A stretch of 64,000 nucleotides of DNA from the NCBI GenBank assembly GCA_963718385.1, contig CAVQZE010000007.1, positions 42,455 through 106,454 of the forward strand, read 5' to 3'. The stretch comes from an uncultured Actinomycetes bacterium. GTDB lineage: Bacteria > Actinomycetota > Thermoleophilia > Gaiellales > Gaiellaceae. A program made the translations under genes and the position numbers. The notes under the pieces were generated by a model. It was not told the origin of the DNA and did not search any database. It saw only the letters and a list, made by a program, of their open reading frames with translations. Every line of letters starts with the position of its first letter. Position 1 is the stretch's first letter. Below, in pieces: positions 1 to 10,234 of the stretch.

Positions 1-7
1 CGGAATT

Positions 8-580
8 GTGGGACATTCGCCACAGCTCAGCCCGGCGCTGCCGGACTACGAGGCGGAGGACGTGCTCGTCGTGCGGGAGCCCGAGCGCCTTCGCGCACTC
101 GGTGACGATCTCCGCTCCACGATCGTCTCGCTCCTGCGCGACCGCGCCTACTCGACGACGGAGCTCGCCGAGAAGCTCGGCCTGCCGAAAGGGACGGTCG
201 GACATCACCTGAAGGTGCTCGAGAACGCCGGGCTCATCCGCGTCGTCCGGACGCGGAAGGTGCGCGCTGTGACCGAGAAGTTCTACGGCCGCGTCGCACG
301 ACTGTTCCTGTTCGAGAGCACGGACGCGGACGGCGAGGACATCCGGAACCTCGTCGCCGCCGCGCTCCGCCGCGTCGCCGAAGAGATGGTCCCTCAGGCC
401 ATCGGCGACGACGATCTGACGACCTTCGGCGTCGTGCGGGCACGGCTCACGGACGCCGACGCGAAGCGCCTCAGCCGCCGCCTCAAGAAGGTGCTCGACG
501 ACTTCCGCGCCGCCGAGTCTGCGGACGGCAAGGAGTACGGCCTCGCCGCCGCGCAGTACAGGCGGACGGTCGATGCGTAG
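8..580 (+). CDS. ArsR/SmtB-family winged-helix transcriptional regulator (190 aa, with C-terminal extension)
   Basis: Track ORF 8..580. The segment STTELAEKLGLPKGTVGHHLKVLENAGLIRVV is an ArsR-type HTH. There is a GTG at 8, but the frame is open to the window edge, so the start may lie upstream. The stop overlaps the ATG of the next gene by 8 nt. Confidence 0.8.
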   Translation: MGHSPQLSPALPDYEAEDVLVVREPERLRALGDDLRSTIVSLLRDRAYSTTELAEKLGLPKGTVGHHLKVLENAGLIRVVRTRKVRAVTEKFYGRVARLFLFESTDADGEDIRNLVAAALRRVAEEMVPQAIGDDDLTTFGVVRARLTDADAKRLSRRLKKVLDDFRAAESADGKEYGLAAAQYRRTVDA

Positions 581-1901
581 GCCGTCGATCCCGCGCGGCG
601 GCCTCTGGGCCAACCACGACTTCGTCAAGCTCTGGACCGGCCAGACGGTCAGCGAGTTCGGTTCGGCGGTCTCCGGCCTCGCGATCCCGTGGCTTGCGGC
701 GAAGGAGTTGAACGCGAGCCCGTTCGAGTTCTCGCTGCTCGGCGTCCTCGGCTTTCTGCCGTTCATCCTCTTCGCGCTGCCCGCGGGCGTGTGGGTCGAC
801 CGCCTGCGCCGCCGCCCGATCCTCATCATCGGCGACGCGAGCCGTGCCGTTCTGCTCGCGTGGATCCCGCTTGCGTGGCTGCTCGGAATCCTCACGATCT
901 GGCAGCTCTTCGCGATCACGTTCTTCGTCGGGATCTTCACGGTGTTTTTCGACGTCGCGTACCAGTCGTATCTCCCGTCCCTCGTCGAGCGGGACGAGCT
1001 GATGGAGGGGAATTCGAAGCTCCAAACGACGGCGTCGGCGGCACAGGTCGCAGGCCCGGGTCTCGCGGGCGTGCTGATCGGGGCGTTCACCGCGCCGTAC
1101 GCGATCCTCATCGACGCCGCGAGCTTCGTCGTCTCGACCCTCTTCATGATCCCGATCCGCCGCGTCGAGAAGCTGCCCGAGCGGACGGAGGGCGCCCCGA
1201 AGCCGAAGATGCTCCCCGAGCTGAAGGAAGGGCTTCTCTACGTCGTGCAGCACCGCTATCTGAAGTGGATCGCGGCCTGCACCGGTAGCTCGAACTTCTT
1301 CGGCAGCATCGCGTTCTCGATCGGCGTCCTCTACATGGCGCGCAGTCTTCACATGTCCTCGCTGGCCGCGGGCATCGTGATGGCCGGCTTCGGAATCGGC
1401 TCCATCGTCGGCGCGGTTGCGACGCCGCGCTTCCAGAAGGCGGTCGGCGTCGGGCGGGCGATCTGGATCCCTGCGATGGGGTTCTCGCTCGCCGGCCTCG
1501 CGTTCCCGCTGGCGCCGAGCGGCTTTCCGATACCGGTGCTGCTGGCCGGCACGCTGCTGTTCGGGATCAGCGGCATGGCGTACAACATCACGCAGGTCAG
1601 CCTCCGCCAGGCGATCACGCCGGAGCGGATGCAGGGCCGGATGAATGCGTCGATGCGGTGGATCGTCTGGGGGACGATGCCCATCGGCTCACTCGTCGGC
1701 GGCGCGATCGCGACGACGTACGGCATCAAGACCGCGCTCTGGGTCGGGGCGATCGGCGGCTGCTTCACGTTCCTGTTCGTGCTCCTCTCCTCGGTGGCGA
1801 AGATCCGCGTGATGCCGACGCAGATCGAGGAGATCACGCCCGCCGAGGCGAACCTCGCAGGCGGGCTGCTCGAGCCGGCCGCGCTTCCCGGCACCGAATA
1901 G
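573..1901 (+). CDS. MFS transporter (EntS/MFS_3-like)
   Basis: 442-aa ORF, hydrophobic throughout with about 12 TM spans. It carries the MFS loop motif GVWVDRLRRRP and is translationally coupled to the ArsR gene. Confidence 0.8.
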   Translation: MRRPSIPRGGLWANHDFVKLWTGQTVSEFGSAVSGLAIPWLAAKELNASPFEFSLLGVLGFLPFILFALPAGVWVDRLRRRPILIIGDASRAVLLAWIPLAWLLGILTIWQLFAITFFVGIFTVFFDVAYQSYLPSLVERDELMEGNSKLQTTASAAQVAGPGLAGVLIGAFTAPYAILIDAASFVVSTLFMIPIRRVEKLPERTEGAPKPKMLPELKEGLLYVVQHRYLKWIAACTGSSNFFGSIAFSIGVLYMARSLHMSSLAAGIVMAGFGIGSIVGAVATPRFQKAVGVGRAIWIPAMGFSLAGLAFPLAPSGFPIPVLLAGTLLFGISGMAYNITQVSLRQAITPERMQGRMNASMRWIVWGTMPIGSLVGGAIATTYGIKTALWVGAIGGCFTFLFVLLSSVAKIRVMPTQIEEITPAEANLAGGLLEPAALPGTE

Positions 1902-1920
1902 CACCGCTACCGTTCCCTCC

Positions 1921-2748
1921 ATGCCGGAGCTTCCGGAGATGGAGGCGTGGCGCCGCGCCCTGAACGACCCGGTGTCGGCGTTCCCGATCGCGAAGGCCGG
2001 GCCGGCGCACATCGCGACGCTGAAGACGTTCGACCCGCCGCTCGAGACGCTCGAAGGACGCCGCCTGCGCGGCGCCGAGCGGCGCGGGAAGCGGCTCCTC
2101 CTCCCGACCGACGACGGCGAGCTCGTGCTGCTCGTACACCTGATGACCGCGGGCCGGCTGAAGATGCTCGGCGCCGGCGAGGCCGGGCCGAAGACGCCCG
2201 CGTTCGCGCTCGCGTTCGACGGCGGCTCGAAGCTCGTCCTCACTGAGAACGCGCGGAAGAAGCGCGCCGGAGTGTGGCTGCTGACGCCCGACGCCGCGCA
2301 GGCGGAGGTCGCGTATCTCGGCCCGGAGGCGCTCGGCCTCGACGCAGCCGCGCTCACGGAGATCCTCCGCACGAAGGCGCACCGGCTGCACCCGCTCCTC
2401 CGCGACCAGCGCGCGATCGCCGGCATCGGCCGCGCATGGGCGAACGAGATCCTCCACACGGCGAAGCTCTCGCCGTATGCGCTGTCGACCGACGTCTCCG
2501 ACGAGGAGATCGCGCGGCTCGCGGACGCGATGAACGAGGAGCTCGCGCGCGGCCTCGAGCTGCGCGAGCGCGGCGCGAGCGACGACAAGACCTACCGCAT
2601 CCACCGCCGGCTCGGCCAGCCGTGCCACGTCTGCGCGACGCCGATCGCGCAGATCGACTTCGAGGAGCACACGATCTTCTACTGCCCGCAGTGCCAGACC
2701 GGCGGCCGCGTCCTCAAGGACCGGCGCATGTCTCGCCTGCTCCGATAG
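1921..2748 (+). CDS. Fpg/Nei-family DNA glycosylase / AP lyase
   Basis: N-terminus MPELPEME (catalytic Pro2/Glu3), H2TH segment LRDQRAIAGIGRAWANEILH, and C-terminal zinc finger CHVC...CPQC. Confidence 0.9.
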   Translation: MPELPEMEAWRRALNDPVSAFPIAKAGPAHIATLKTFDPPLETLEGRRLRGAERRGKRLLLPTDDGELVLLVHLMTAGRLKMLGAGEAGPKTPAFALAFDGGSKLVLTENARKKRAGVWLLTPDAAQAEVAYLGPEALGLDAAALTEILRTKAHRLHPLLRDQRAIAGIGRAWANEILHTAKLSPYALSTDVSDEEIARLADAMNEELARGLELRERGASDDKTYRIHRRLGQPCHVCATPIAQIDFEEHTIFYCPQCQTGGRVLKDRRMSRLLR

Positions 2749-2764
2749 CGATATCCTCGAGCTC

Positions 2765-3148
2765 GTGACGACCGTTGCAGACGTGATGGTGAAGGACGTG
2801 CTGACCGTCGAGCCCTCGAGCTCGATCGGCGAAGCTGCGGAGAAGATGGAGGCGGCGCACGTCGGTGCGGTCGTCGTCGTGGAGGACTTCGTCCGGATCG
2901 TCGGGATCATCACGGAGCGCGACCTGCTCCGCGCCGTCGCGTCGCGCGCCCGCGCAGCCGAGGCCCGTGTGCGGCAGTGGATGACGCCCGATCCGATGAC
3001 GATCGAGCCCGAAACGACGATCGAGGACGCGGCGAAGATCATGTTCGAGCAGAACTTCCGGCACCTGCCGGTGGTCAAGGACGGCCGCAACCTCGGCATC
3101 GTCAGCCTCCGCGTGCTCGCGCGGTGGGCGTTCGAGCAGTCGCGGTAG
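2765..3148 (+). CDS. CBS domain-containing protein
   Basis: 127-aa ORF with two CBS-like repeats (VMVKDVLTV..VGAVVVVE and IMFEQNFRHLPVVKDGRNLGIVS). GTG start. Confidence 0.8.
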   Translation: MTTVADVMVKDVLTVEPSSSIGEAAEKMEAAHVGAVVVVEDFVRIVGIITERDLLRAVASRARAAEARVRQWMTPDPMTIEPETTIEDAAKIMFEQNFRHLPVVKDGRNLGIVSLRVLARWAFEQSR

Positions 3149-3179
3149 AGCTGTCCGCCGGGAACCGTAGAGTCGCGCC

Positions 3180-3776
3180 GTGATCCGGTTGTTCCCAGAG
3201 CGCGGCGGCTGGCTCGAGGTCGTCTGCGGGCCGATGTTCTGCGGCAAGAGCGAGGAGCTGATCCGGCGGCTGCGGCGCGCCGAGATCGCCGGCCAGCGCG
3301 TGCTGATCCTGAAGCCGCAGATCGACGACCGCTACGACATCGGCCACGTCGTCAGCCACGCCGGCGCGAAGATGCGGGCGGTCGCGGTCTCGCGCCCGGA
3401 GGAGATCATCGGGCTCGTCGAGGGCTACGACGCGATCGGGATCGACGAGGTGCAGTTCTTCGCACCGGAGATCGTGCTCGTGATCGACCTGCTGGTCGAG
3501 CGCGGAATGCGCGTCGTCGCGGCGGGGCTCGACCAGGACTTCCGCGGCCTGCCGTTCGGCGCGATGCCCGAGCTGTTGTGCCGCGCCGAGCTCGTCGACA
3601 AGCTGCAGGCCGTCTGCCACCGCTGCGGCGGCCCGGCGACGATGACACAGCGGCTCGTCGGCGGTCACCCGGCACCCGCGGACGGCGCGACGATCGTCGT
3701 CGGCGCGCTCGACTCGTACGAGGCGCGCTGCCGCACGTGCCACGAGCTCGCCGAGCCCGCGCGCGCGACCGGCTGA
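3180..3776 (+). CDS. tdk: thymidine kinase
   Basis: P-loop GPMFCGKS, DEVQFF motif, and zinc ribbon CHRCG...CRTCH. 198 aa is a typical length. Confidence 0.9.
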   Translation: MIRLFPERGGWLEVVCGPMFCGKSEELIRRLRRAEIAGQRVLILKPQIDDRYDIGHVVSHAGAKMRAVAVSRPEEIIGLVEGYDAIGIDEVQFFAPEIVLVIDLLVERGMRVVAAGLDQDFRGLPFGAMPELLCRAELVDKLQAVCHRCGGPATMTQRLVGGHPAPADGATIVVGALDSYEARCRTCHELAEPARATG

Positions 3777-3816
3777 TTCGACGCAGGCCGAAACCGGCTC
3801 CGTACACTGGCCGGCG

Positions 3817-4816
3817 ATGAGCAGCCAGCTTGCAATCGAGGCCGAGACCCTCGTCCGGGAGTTCAAGAAGGGCCCGCGCGCCGTCGACGGCATCGACCTC
3901 GCAGTCGCGCCCGGCGAGATCTACGGCTTTCTCGGTCCGAACGGAGCCGGCAAGTCGACGACCGTGCTGATGCTCGCGACGCTGCTGCCGCCGACGTCGG
4001 GGGTCGCGCGGGTCGGCGGCTTCGACGTCGCCAAACAGGGGCCGGAAGTCCGGAAGACGATCGGCGCCGCGTTGCAGGAAGCCGCACTCGATCCGCTGCT
4101 CACGGGACGCGAGCACCTGCGGCTGCAGGCAAGCCTCCAGGCGCTGCCGCGCGACGAGCGCGTCACCCGCGCGAACGAGCTGCTCGAGCGGGTCGGTCTC
4201 GTCGACGCCGCCGACCGGCGGATCAAAGGCTATTCCGGCGGGATGAAACGGCGACTCGATCTCGCGCTCGCGCTCGTCCACCGGCCGCAGATCCTCTTCC
4301 TCGACGAGCCGACGACCGGGCTCGACATCCAGAGCCGAACCGCGCTCTGGGAAGAGGTCCGTCGGCTCGCGAAGGACGAGGGCGTGACGGTCTTCCTCAC
4401 GACGCAGTACCTCGAGGAGGCCGACGTCCTCGCCGACCGCGTCGGGATCATCGACCACGGCCGGATCGTCGCCGAGGGCACGCCGGCTGCGCTCAAGGCG
4501 GAGATCGGCCGGCCGACGGTCGAGGTCGTTCCCGCAGACCCGGCGGAGAGCGACCGCGCCGCGGCGATCCTCGCGCGCTTCGGCGAACCGGTCGCGTCCG
4601 TCCGCGGAATCGCGGTCAGGCTGCAGCACGGGCCAGGCCGACCTCGCCGAGATCGTCCGCGCGCTCGACGGCGAGCACGTCGCGGTCGCGCAGCTCCAGC
4701 TGCACCAGGCGTCGCTCGACGACGTCTTTCTCGCGAAGACCGGACGCTCGCTCGAGGGCGCCGACGACGACGAGAAGAGGCGCCGGTCGCGCGGGCTCGC
4801 GATGGAGTCCGCGTGA
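3817..4816 (+). pseudogene. ABC transporter ATP-binding protein (DrrA-like), one frame break near 4630-4640
   Basis: Walker A GPNGAGKST, signature YSGGMKRRL, Walker B ILFLDEPTTGLD. After about 4630 the track ORF turns Arg-rich. The +1 frame reads ADLAEIVRALDGEHVAVAQLQLHQASLDDVFLAKTG... and ends at TGA 4814-4816, overlapping the ATG at 4816 of the permease gene. Confidence 0.85.
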
Positions 4817-5589
4817 TGGAGACCGCCGACCAGGCGTACCTGCTCGCGCGCCGCTCGGTCGTGCGCACGCTCCGCCAGCCGGCGAACATCATCGCGCCGG
4901 TCGTCTTTCCGCTGATGCTGCTGGCGGTCAACTCCGCCGGTCTGCGCGCGGAGACGCGCATCCCCGGATTCCCGACCGGCTCGATCGTCGCGTTCATCCT
5001 CGCCGTGCCGTTCATCCAGGGCGCGCTGTTCGCGACGATGAACACCGGAACCGATTTCGCGCGCGACATCCAGACGGGCTTTCTCAGCCGGCTGTCGCTG
5101 ACGCCGATGCGCGGCGTCGTGCTGCTCATCGGCCAGCTCGGCGGCACGATCACGCTCGGCCTGTTCCAGGCGGTCGTCTACATCGCGGTCGGTCTCGCGA
5201 TCGGCGTTCGCTTCGCGTCCGGCCCGCTCGGCGTGCTCGTGCTGCTCGCGTTCTTCACGCTCGTCGTGCTCGCGTTCGGCGCACTCGGCCTCGTCGCCGC
5301 GCTCCGAACCGGTTCGGGCGAGGCCGTGCAGGGACTGTTCCCCGCGTTCTTCGTCTTCCTCTTCATCTCCTCGATGGCGATCCCGCGGAACCTGATGACG
5401 CACGGCTGGTTCCACGACGTTGCCACGGCGAACCCCGTCTCGTATCTGATCGAAGGCGTGCGGAGCCTGATCATCACCGGCTGGGACGGCGAGGCGCTCG
5501 CGCTCGGCTTCGGCATCGCGGGCACGATCGCGGTGATCGCGATCGCAGTCGCCGCGTCGTCGCTGCGCGGAAGGCTCGGGCGCTCATGA
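4816..5589 (+). CDS. ABC-2 type transporter permease
   Basis: C-terminal 258 aa of track ORF 3817..5589, starting METADQAYLLARRSVVRTLRQP. About 6 TM spans. ATG overlaps the ATPase stop (TGATG). Confidence 0.8.
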   Translation: METADQAYLLARRSVVRTLRQPANIIAPVVFPLMLLAVNSAGLRAETRIPGFPTGSIVAFILAVPFIQGALFATMNTGTDFARDIQTGFLSRLSLTPMRGVVLLIGQLGGTITLGLFQAVVYIAVGLAIGVRFASGPLGVLVLLAFFTLVVLAFGALGLVAALRTGSGEAVQGLFPAFFVFLFISSMAIPRNLMTHGWFHDVATANPVSYLIEGVRSLIITGWDGEALALGFGIAGTIAVIAIAVAASSLRGRLGRS

Positions 5590-6353
5590 GCCGCCTTGCG
5601 GTCGCACAGGGCGTCGCGTGGCGGAGCCTGCACAACTTCACGCACAACAAGGCGCTGCTGATCCCGTCGATCGTGTTCCCGCTGTTCTTCTTCACCGCGT
5701 TCGCCGGCGGGCTGTCCGGGATCTCGCGCACGCCGGGTTTCTCGTTCCCGGTCGGATACACGGCGTTCCAGTTCGCGTTCGTCGTCGTGCAGTCCGCCGC
5801 ATTCGCCGGCGTCTTCACGGGCTTCGGGATTGCGCGCGACTTCGAGAGCGGCTTCGCACGGCGGCTGCTGCTCGCGGCGCCGAATCGCAGCGGGATCGTC
5901 CTCGGCTACGCGGCCGCCGCGCTCGGACGCTGGTGCGTCACCGTGTCGATCCTGACCGCCGTCGCGTTCGCGGTGCGGATGCAGGTCGGCGGAAGCGGCG
6001 TCGACCTGTTCGGTCTTTACGCGCTCGGGATCATGATCAACTTCGCCGCCACCGCGTGGGCGGCCGGCGTCGCGATGCGGCTGCGCACGATGCAGGCCGG
6101 GCCGATCATGCAGATGCCGGTGTTCCTCGTTCTTTTCTTCGCCCCGGTCTACGTGCCGCTCGCGCTGCTGCAGGGCTGGATCCACGACGTCGCGACCGTG
6201 AACCCGATGACACGCGTGCTCGAGGCCGGACGCGGCTTCGTCGCCGCCACGCCGACCGAGGTCTTCACCGCGTTCACCGCCGCCGCCGCGCTCGGGGTCC
6301 TGTTCTCGATCTGGGCCTACCGCGGACTGCTCAAGGCCGAGGCCGCCGGCTGA
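5586..6353 (+). CDS. ABC-2 type transporter permease (second subunit)
   Basis: 255-aa hydrophobic ORF. It overlaps the preceding permease by 4 nt and has the same architecture. Confidence 0.8.
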   Translation: MSRLAVAQGVAWRSLHNFTHNKALLIPSIVFPLFFFTAFAGGLSGISRTPGFSFPVGYTAFQFAFVVVQSAAFAGVFTGFGIARDFESGFARRLLLAAPNRSGIVLGYAAAALGRWCVTVSILTAVAFAVRMQVGGSGVDLFGLYALGIMINFAATAWAAGVAMRLRTMQAGPIMQMPVFLVLFFAPVYVPLALLQGWIHDVATVNPMTRVLEAGRGFVAATPTEVFTAFTAAAALGVLFSIWAYRGLLKAEAAG

Positions 6354-6664
6354 GAGTCCGGCCGGCGCCGGTTCCGCCAAAGCCGGATCGCCCGGCCGCT
6401 CGCGGCGCCGATCACCCAGAGCATCAGAGTCAGAAACCCGTAGATGCCCATGAGCACGACCGTGCTCGCGCGGTCCATGTCGCCCGTGTCGCCGAACCAC
6501 CCCCCCATCGACTCGGCGAACGAGAGCACGACACCGATGATGACGATCCAGCGGAACCACGACGGGCGGAGGAACGCAGCGACGCCGGGAACGAGCATCA
6601 CCCCGAGCGCGAAGCCGCCCAGGATGAGAAATACCGTCGACGACTCACCGACTTCGGCAACCAT
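6317..6664 (-). CDS. small hypothetical membrane protein
   Basis: 115-aa ORF with 3 clear hydrophobic spans and non-Arg-rich composition (contrast with surrounding shadow ORFs). No family recognised. Confidence 0.4.
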   Translation of the reverse strand: MVAEVGESSTVFLILGGFALGVMLVPGVAAFLRPSWFRWIVIIGVVLSFAESMGGWFGDTGDMDRASTVVLMGIYGFLTLMLWVIGAASGRAIRLWRNRRRPDSQPAASALSSPR

Positions 6665-6683
6665 CGGGCTCGTTATCGGCAGC

Positions 6684-7284
6684 TCAGGCTACGGTCGTGA
6701 GCGCCGCGAACCGGATCGTCAGCGTCCCGTCCGCGACGGCGACGGAGCCGCCGAGCGACGCGAGCACGCGGACGGCGACCGCCGCGCCGAGATCGCGCAG
6801 CTCGTCGCCGAGGACGACCGGCGCCGACGCGTCGGTGATCGGCGACACGTCGATCTCCGCGCCGCGGACGCGGACGTCGACCTCGTCGAGGCCGCCGTGG
6901 CGCAGCGACGCCTGGATCAGCGCGGAGAGCCCGCGGTCGACGGCGACGACGTCGACCTGCACCGGCGCCCCCTCGCCCGTGACGTGCGACGCGGTCGGTG
7001 CCGAGCCGGTCGGCGGCCGCGAGCGCCAGCTCCAGCGTGTCGGCCTCGCGCACCGCGGGCTCGTAGCGGCCGCCCTCGAGCCGCGCCGCGAGCGACAGCT
7101 CGTCCAGCAGCTCCGCGATCTGCGCCGACGCCGCCTCGATCATCTCGACGTACTTGTCGGCCGGCGGATCGAGCTCCGAGGTGCGCGAAAGCGTCCGCGC
7201 GAAGCCGTGCACCGTGGCCAGCGGGGTGCGGACGTCGTGGCAGGCGAGCGAGACGAGGCGGGCGAAAGACGTGTCGTTCTGCAC
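6684..7284 (-). pseudogene. small soluble HisKA-containing histidine-kinase-like protein, one frame break near 6984
   Basis: H-box LACHDVRTPLATVHGFARTL in ORF 6673..7284. The credible continuation VTGEGAPVQVDVVAVDRGLSALIQASLRHGG... lies in the frame of ORF 6684..6962. No TM or sensor domain is visible, and the C-terminal half lacks recognisable N/G1/G2 ATP-binding boxes. Confidence 0.6.
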
Positions 7285-7304
7285 GGCCGTGGCACAGTAT
7301 CGGC

Positions 7305-8285
7305 ATGACCGACAGCCCGCGCCCCGTCCTGGACGACCTCCAGGCCTCGTCCCCCGAGATCCAGCTCGGGCTTTCGCGCGCCGGCGTGACCGGCGTGCAG
7401 AAGGCCGTGCGCATCGGCCGCGGCGCGCGCGAGAAGCTGATCCTCGCCACGATCGACTGCGCGGTCGACCTCGATCCGTCGCAGAAGGGCGTCCACATGT
7501 CGCGCTTCCCCGAGCTGTTCGAGGAGGCGATCGAAGGCGTCGTCGAGGACGAGGCGTTCCTCGTCGAGGATCTCGCGGAGCACGTCGCGCGGCGGATCGT
7601 CGAGCGCCAGGACGCGCTGCTCGCGGAAGTGCAGATCACGGCGCGCTACCCGTACGAGCGGCAGACGCCGGTGACGAAGCTCTCGACGCAGGAGATGGTC
7701 TCGCTGATCGGCATCGCGTCCGCGTCGCGCGCGGGCGGCTCGCGCCGCGTCGTCGGCGTCGAGGCGGTCGGGATCAACGCGTGCCCGTGCGCGCAGGGGC
7801 TCGTGCGCGGCAAGGCGTCGGAGCGGCTGCTCGAAGCGGGCTTCGACGCGGGCGACGTCGACCGGATCCTCGAGCTCGTCCCGATCGCGACGCACAACCA
7901 GCGCGGCAAGGGGACGCTCTACATCGGCACGTCGCAGCGTCTCGACGCTGAGCGGCTCGTCGAGCTCGTCGAGGGCTCGATGAGCTCGCCGATCTACGAG
8001 TTGCTGAAGCGTCCCGACGAGCTGTTCGTCGTCGAGCACGCGCATCTCCAGCCGCGCTTCGTCGAGGACTCGGTGCGGGTCGCACTGAAGAGCGTGCTGG
8101 ACGAGCTCCCCGCGCTCGACGATGGCGACTTCGTCCTCTCACGCCAGGTGAACTTCGAGACGATCCACGCGCACGAGGTGCTCGCGGAGCGGTACGGCAC
8201 GATCGGCGAGCTGCGCGCCGAGCTTCGCGACGGCGGCCACGGGCCGCAGCGCCACACCGAGCTCAGAGACTGGTTGCGCCGCTAG
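7305..8285 (+). CDS. folE2: GTP cyclohydrolase FolE2/MptA (type IB)
   Basis: C-terminal 326 aa of track ORF 6444..8285, starting MTDSPRPVLDDL at ATG 7305. Contains KGVHMSRF and the INACPCAQG cysteine motif typical of FolE2. The upstream 287 aa of the track ORF is an antisense shadow. Confidence 0.9.
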   Translation: MTDSPRPVLDDLQASSPEIQLGLSRAGVTGVQKAVRIGRGAREKLILATIDCAVDLDPSQKGVHMSRFPELFEEAIEGVVEDEAFLVEDLAEHVARRIVERQDALLAEVQITARYPYERQTPVTKLSTQEMVSLIGIASASRAGGSRRVVGVEAVGINACPCAQGLVRGKASERLLEAGFDAGDVDRILELVPIATHNQRGKGTLYIGTSQRLDAERLVELVEGSMSSPIYELLKRPDELFVVEHAHLQPRFVEDSVRVALKSVLDELPALDDGDFVLSRQVNFETIHAHEVLAERYGTIGELRAELRDGGHGPQRHTELRDWLRR

Positions 8286-8851
8286 CCCCGCCCTTGCGCC
8301 ACCAGCGCCGCCAGAGCGTCGAGCGGTTCTCTTCGCCGTGCACGAGCCGGCGGATGTTCTCCCGGTGGAGCAGGAGCACGGCGACGGCGGTGAGCGCGGC
8401 GAACGTCGTCACCGGCCACGGATAGCCGAACAGCACCGACCACGCGACGATCGAGACCGCCGTCACCATCGACGCGACGGACGGATAGCGGGTGACGACG
8501 AAGACGACGATCCACACGCCGAGCCCGGCGAGTGCGGCGAGCGGCGCCAGGCCGAGGAACGCGCCGCCGCCGGTGGCGACCATCTTCCCGCCGCGCTGGA
8601 AGCCGCAGGAACAGCGGCCGGTAGTGGCCGAGCATCGCCGCGCCTCCGGCCAGCGCGCCCGCGAGATAGCCGACGGTGTGCGTCGCGACGAGCGCGGGCA
8701 CGAATCCCTTTGCGACGTCGAGCAGCAGCACCGGGACGCCGAGCTTGCTGCCGTAGAGGCGCCACACGTTCGAGGCGCCGATGTTCCCGCTGCCCTTCGT
8801 CCGGATGTCCTCGCCGCGGAAGATGCGCACGAGCCAGTAGCCCCAGGGCAT
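8263..8851 (-). pseudogene. plsY: glycerol-3-phosphate acyltransferase PlsY, one frame break near 8603
   Basis: GSGNIGASN motif in ORF 8282..8851. The continuation FQRGGKMVATGGGAFLGLAP... and four further TM spans lie in the frame of ORF 8263..9036. The N-terminus may extend to about 8896 (LIATAGLIAFGYVVGS follows the SOD stop directly, with no canonical start codon there). Confidence 0.8.
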
Positions 8852-8899
8852 CGACCCGACGACGTACCCGAACGCGATGAGCCCGGCGGTGGCGATGAG

Positions 8900-9517
8900 C
8901 TACGAGATCCCGTAGTGCGCGACCAACCCGTTGACGACGTCCCAGTCGAGGTTGTCGAAGAACGCATCGATGTAGGACGCGCGGTCGGTCTGGTAATCGA
9001 GGAAGTACGCGTGCTCGTAGACGTCGAGCGCGACAAGGGGCGTCGCGTTCCAGACCGGGAACGTGTTCTGCGCGTCGCCGATGTAGTTGAACAGGTGCTT
9101 CTCGTCCCAGTCGTACGCCGTCCACGCCCAGCCGCGGCCGGCCATGCCGGTCGCCTTCAGGTCGGCGCGCCACGCGTCCGCCGAGCCGAAGTCGCGCTTC
9201 ACGAGATCCGCGAACGCGCCGGTCGGGGCGCCGCCGCTGCCGCCGAGGTGGCCGAAGTAGAGCTCGTGGTTCTTGATCCCGCCGATCGCGAAGGTCAGCT
9301 CGACCTTCAGCTCGCGGATCTCGGAGTACGTCTGGTTCGCGGAGGCCAGATCGACGTCGGCGAGCTTGCCGAGGATCTCGTTCCGCTTTGCGACGTATCC
9401 CTGGTAGAGCTTGACGTGCGCCTCGACCGCCGCACGCGAGATCCCGTGGAGGTCGTAGACCTCGGGACGGAGCTCCCGGGGGGCGATCTCCTCGAAATTG
9501 AAGGCAAGCGTCGGCAT
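8900..9517 (-). CDS. Fe/Mn superoxide dismutase family protein (divergent N-terminus)
   Basis: From MPTLAFNF (GAGGAG RBS upstream). The four metal-ligand positions are conserved ([23 protein letters not shown]), but the canonical KHH and PxLPY motifs are absent. Confidence 0.8.
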   Translation of the reverse strand: MPTLAFNFEEIAPRELRPEVYDLHGISRAAVEAHVKLYQGYVAKRNEILGKLADVDLASANQTYSEIRELKVELTFAIGGIKNHELYFGHLGGSGGAPTGAFADLVKRDFGSADAWRADLKATGMAGRGWAWTAYDWDEKHLFNYIGDAQNTFPVWNATPLVALDVYEHAYFLDYQTDRASYIDAFFDNLDWDVVNGLVAHYGIS

Positions 9518-9602
9518 CGGACTCTCCTCGGATTCGACCTGGTCGGGCGGCCGGAGCATATCCTCCACCCCGGAACCGAAGAGTCGCAAAAAGGAGCCGA
9601 CG

Positions 9603-10214
9603 ATGCCCTTCGAATTGCCCGACCTGCCCTACGCCTACGACGCGCTCGAGCCGCACATCGACGACGCGACGATGCACATCCACCACGACCTTCACCACAA
9701 GGCCTACGTCGACAACGCGAACGCCGCGCTCGACGGAACCGAGTGGGCCGACCGGCCGGTCGAGCAGGTGCTCGCCGACCTCGAGCTGATCCCGGAGGAG
9801 AAGCGCACCGCGGTGCGCAACAACGCCGGCGGCCACGCGAACCATTCGCTGTTCTGGCAGATCATGAGCCCGGACGGCGGCGGCCTCCCCGGCGGCGCGC
9901 TCGCAACCGCGATCGACGCGGCGATCGGCGGCTTCGACGCGCTGAAGGCCGCGATCAACGACGGCGGCGTCAAGCGCTTCGGCAGCGGCTGGAGCTGGCT
10001 CGTCTGGGACGGGACCGGCCTCGCCGTCTACTCGACGCCGAACCAGGACTCCCCGCTGCTGCAGTCGCACGTGCCGCTGCTCGGCATCGACGTCTGGGAG
10101 CACGCCTACTACCTCAAGTACCAGAACAAGCGCCCGGCCTATCTCGAGGCATGGTGGAACGTCGTCAACTGGCCCGAGGTGGAGCGGCGGTTCGCGGAGG
10201 CGCAGACCCGGTAA
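9603..10214 (+). CDS. sodA: superoxide dismutase [Fe/Mn], canonical
   Basis: [42 protein letters not shown] and [20 protein letters not shown] motifs. AAGGAG RBS upstream. Confidence 0.92.
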   Translation: MPFELPDLPYAYDALEPHIDDATMHIHHDLHHKAYVDNANAALDGTEWADRPVEQVLADLELIPEEKRTAVRNNAGGHANHSLFWQIMSPDGGGLPGGALATAIDAAIGGFDALKAAINDGGVKRFGSGWSWLVWDGTGLAVYSTPNQDSPLLQSHVPLLGIDVWEHAYYLKYQNKRPAYLEAWWNVVNWPEVERRFAEAQTR

Positions 10215-10234
10215 CCAATCCGGGCCGCACCGCG

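Noticed and set aside
3406-5415. A 669-aa minus-strand ORF, plus similar long ORFs (483..1352-, 1834..3099-, 8463..10295-, 44916..47051-, 53690..55780-, 48357..49865-, 31779..32873+)
   Set aside because: These are Arg/Ala/Pro/Gly-dominated translations antisense to, or out of frame with, well-supported genes. Such shadow ORFs are typical of stop-poor, very GC-rich DNA. I saw no family motifs in them.
6444-7304. N-terminal 287 aa of the 613-aa ORF 6444..8285 as an extension of FolE2. The same issue applies to 8492..10234 of the 792-aa ORF and 40063..41262 of the 574-aa ORF.
   Set aside because: The upstream parts are low-complexity Arg/Pro-rich and overlap better-supported genes on the other strand or in another frame. 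Good internal starts (ATG 7305, ATG 10235, GTG 41263) give proteins of normal family length.
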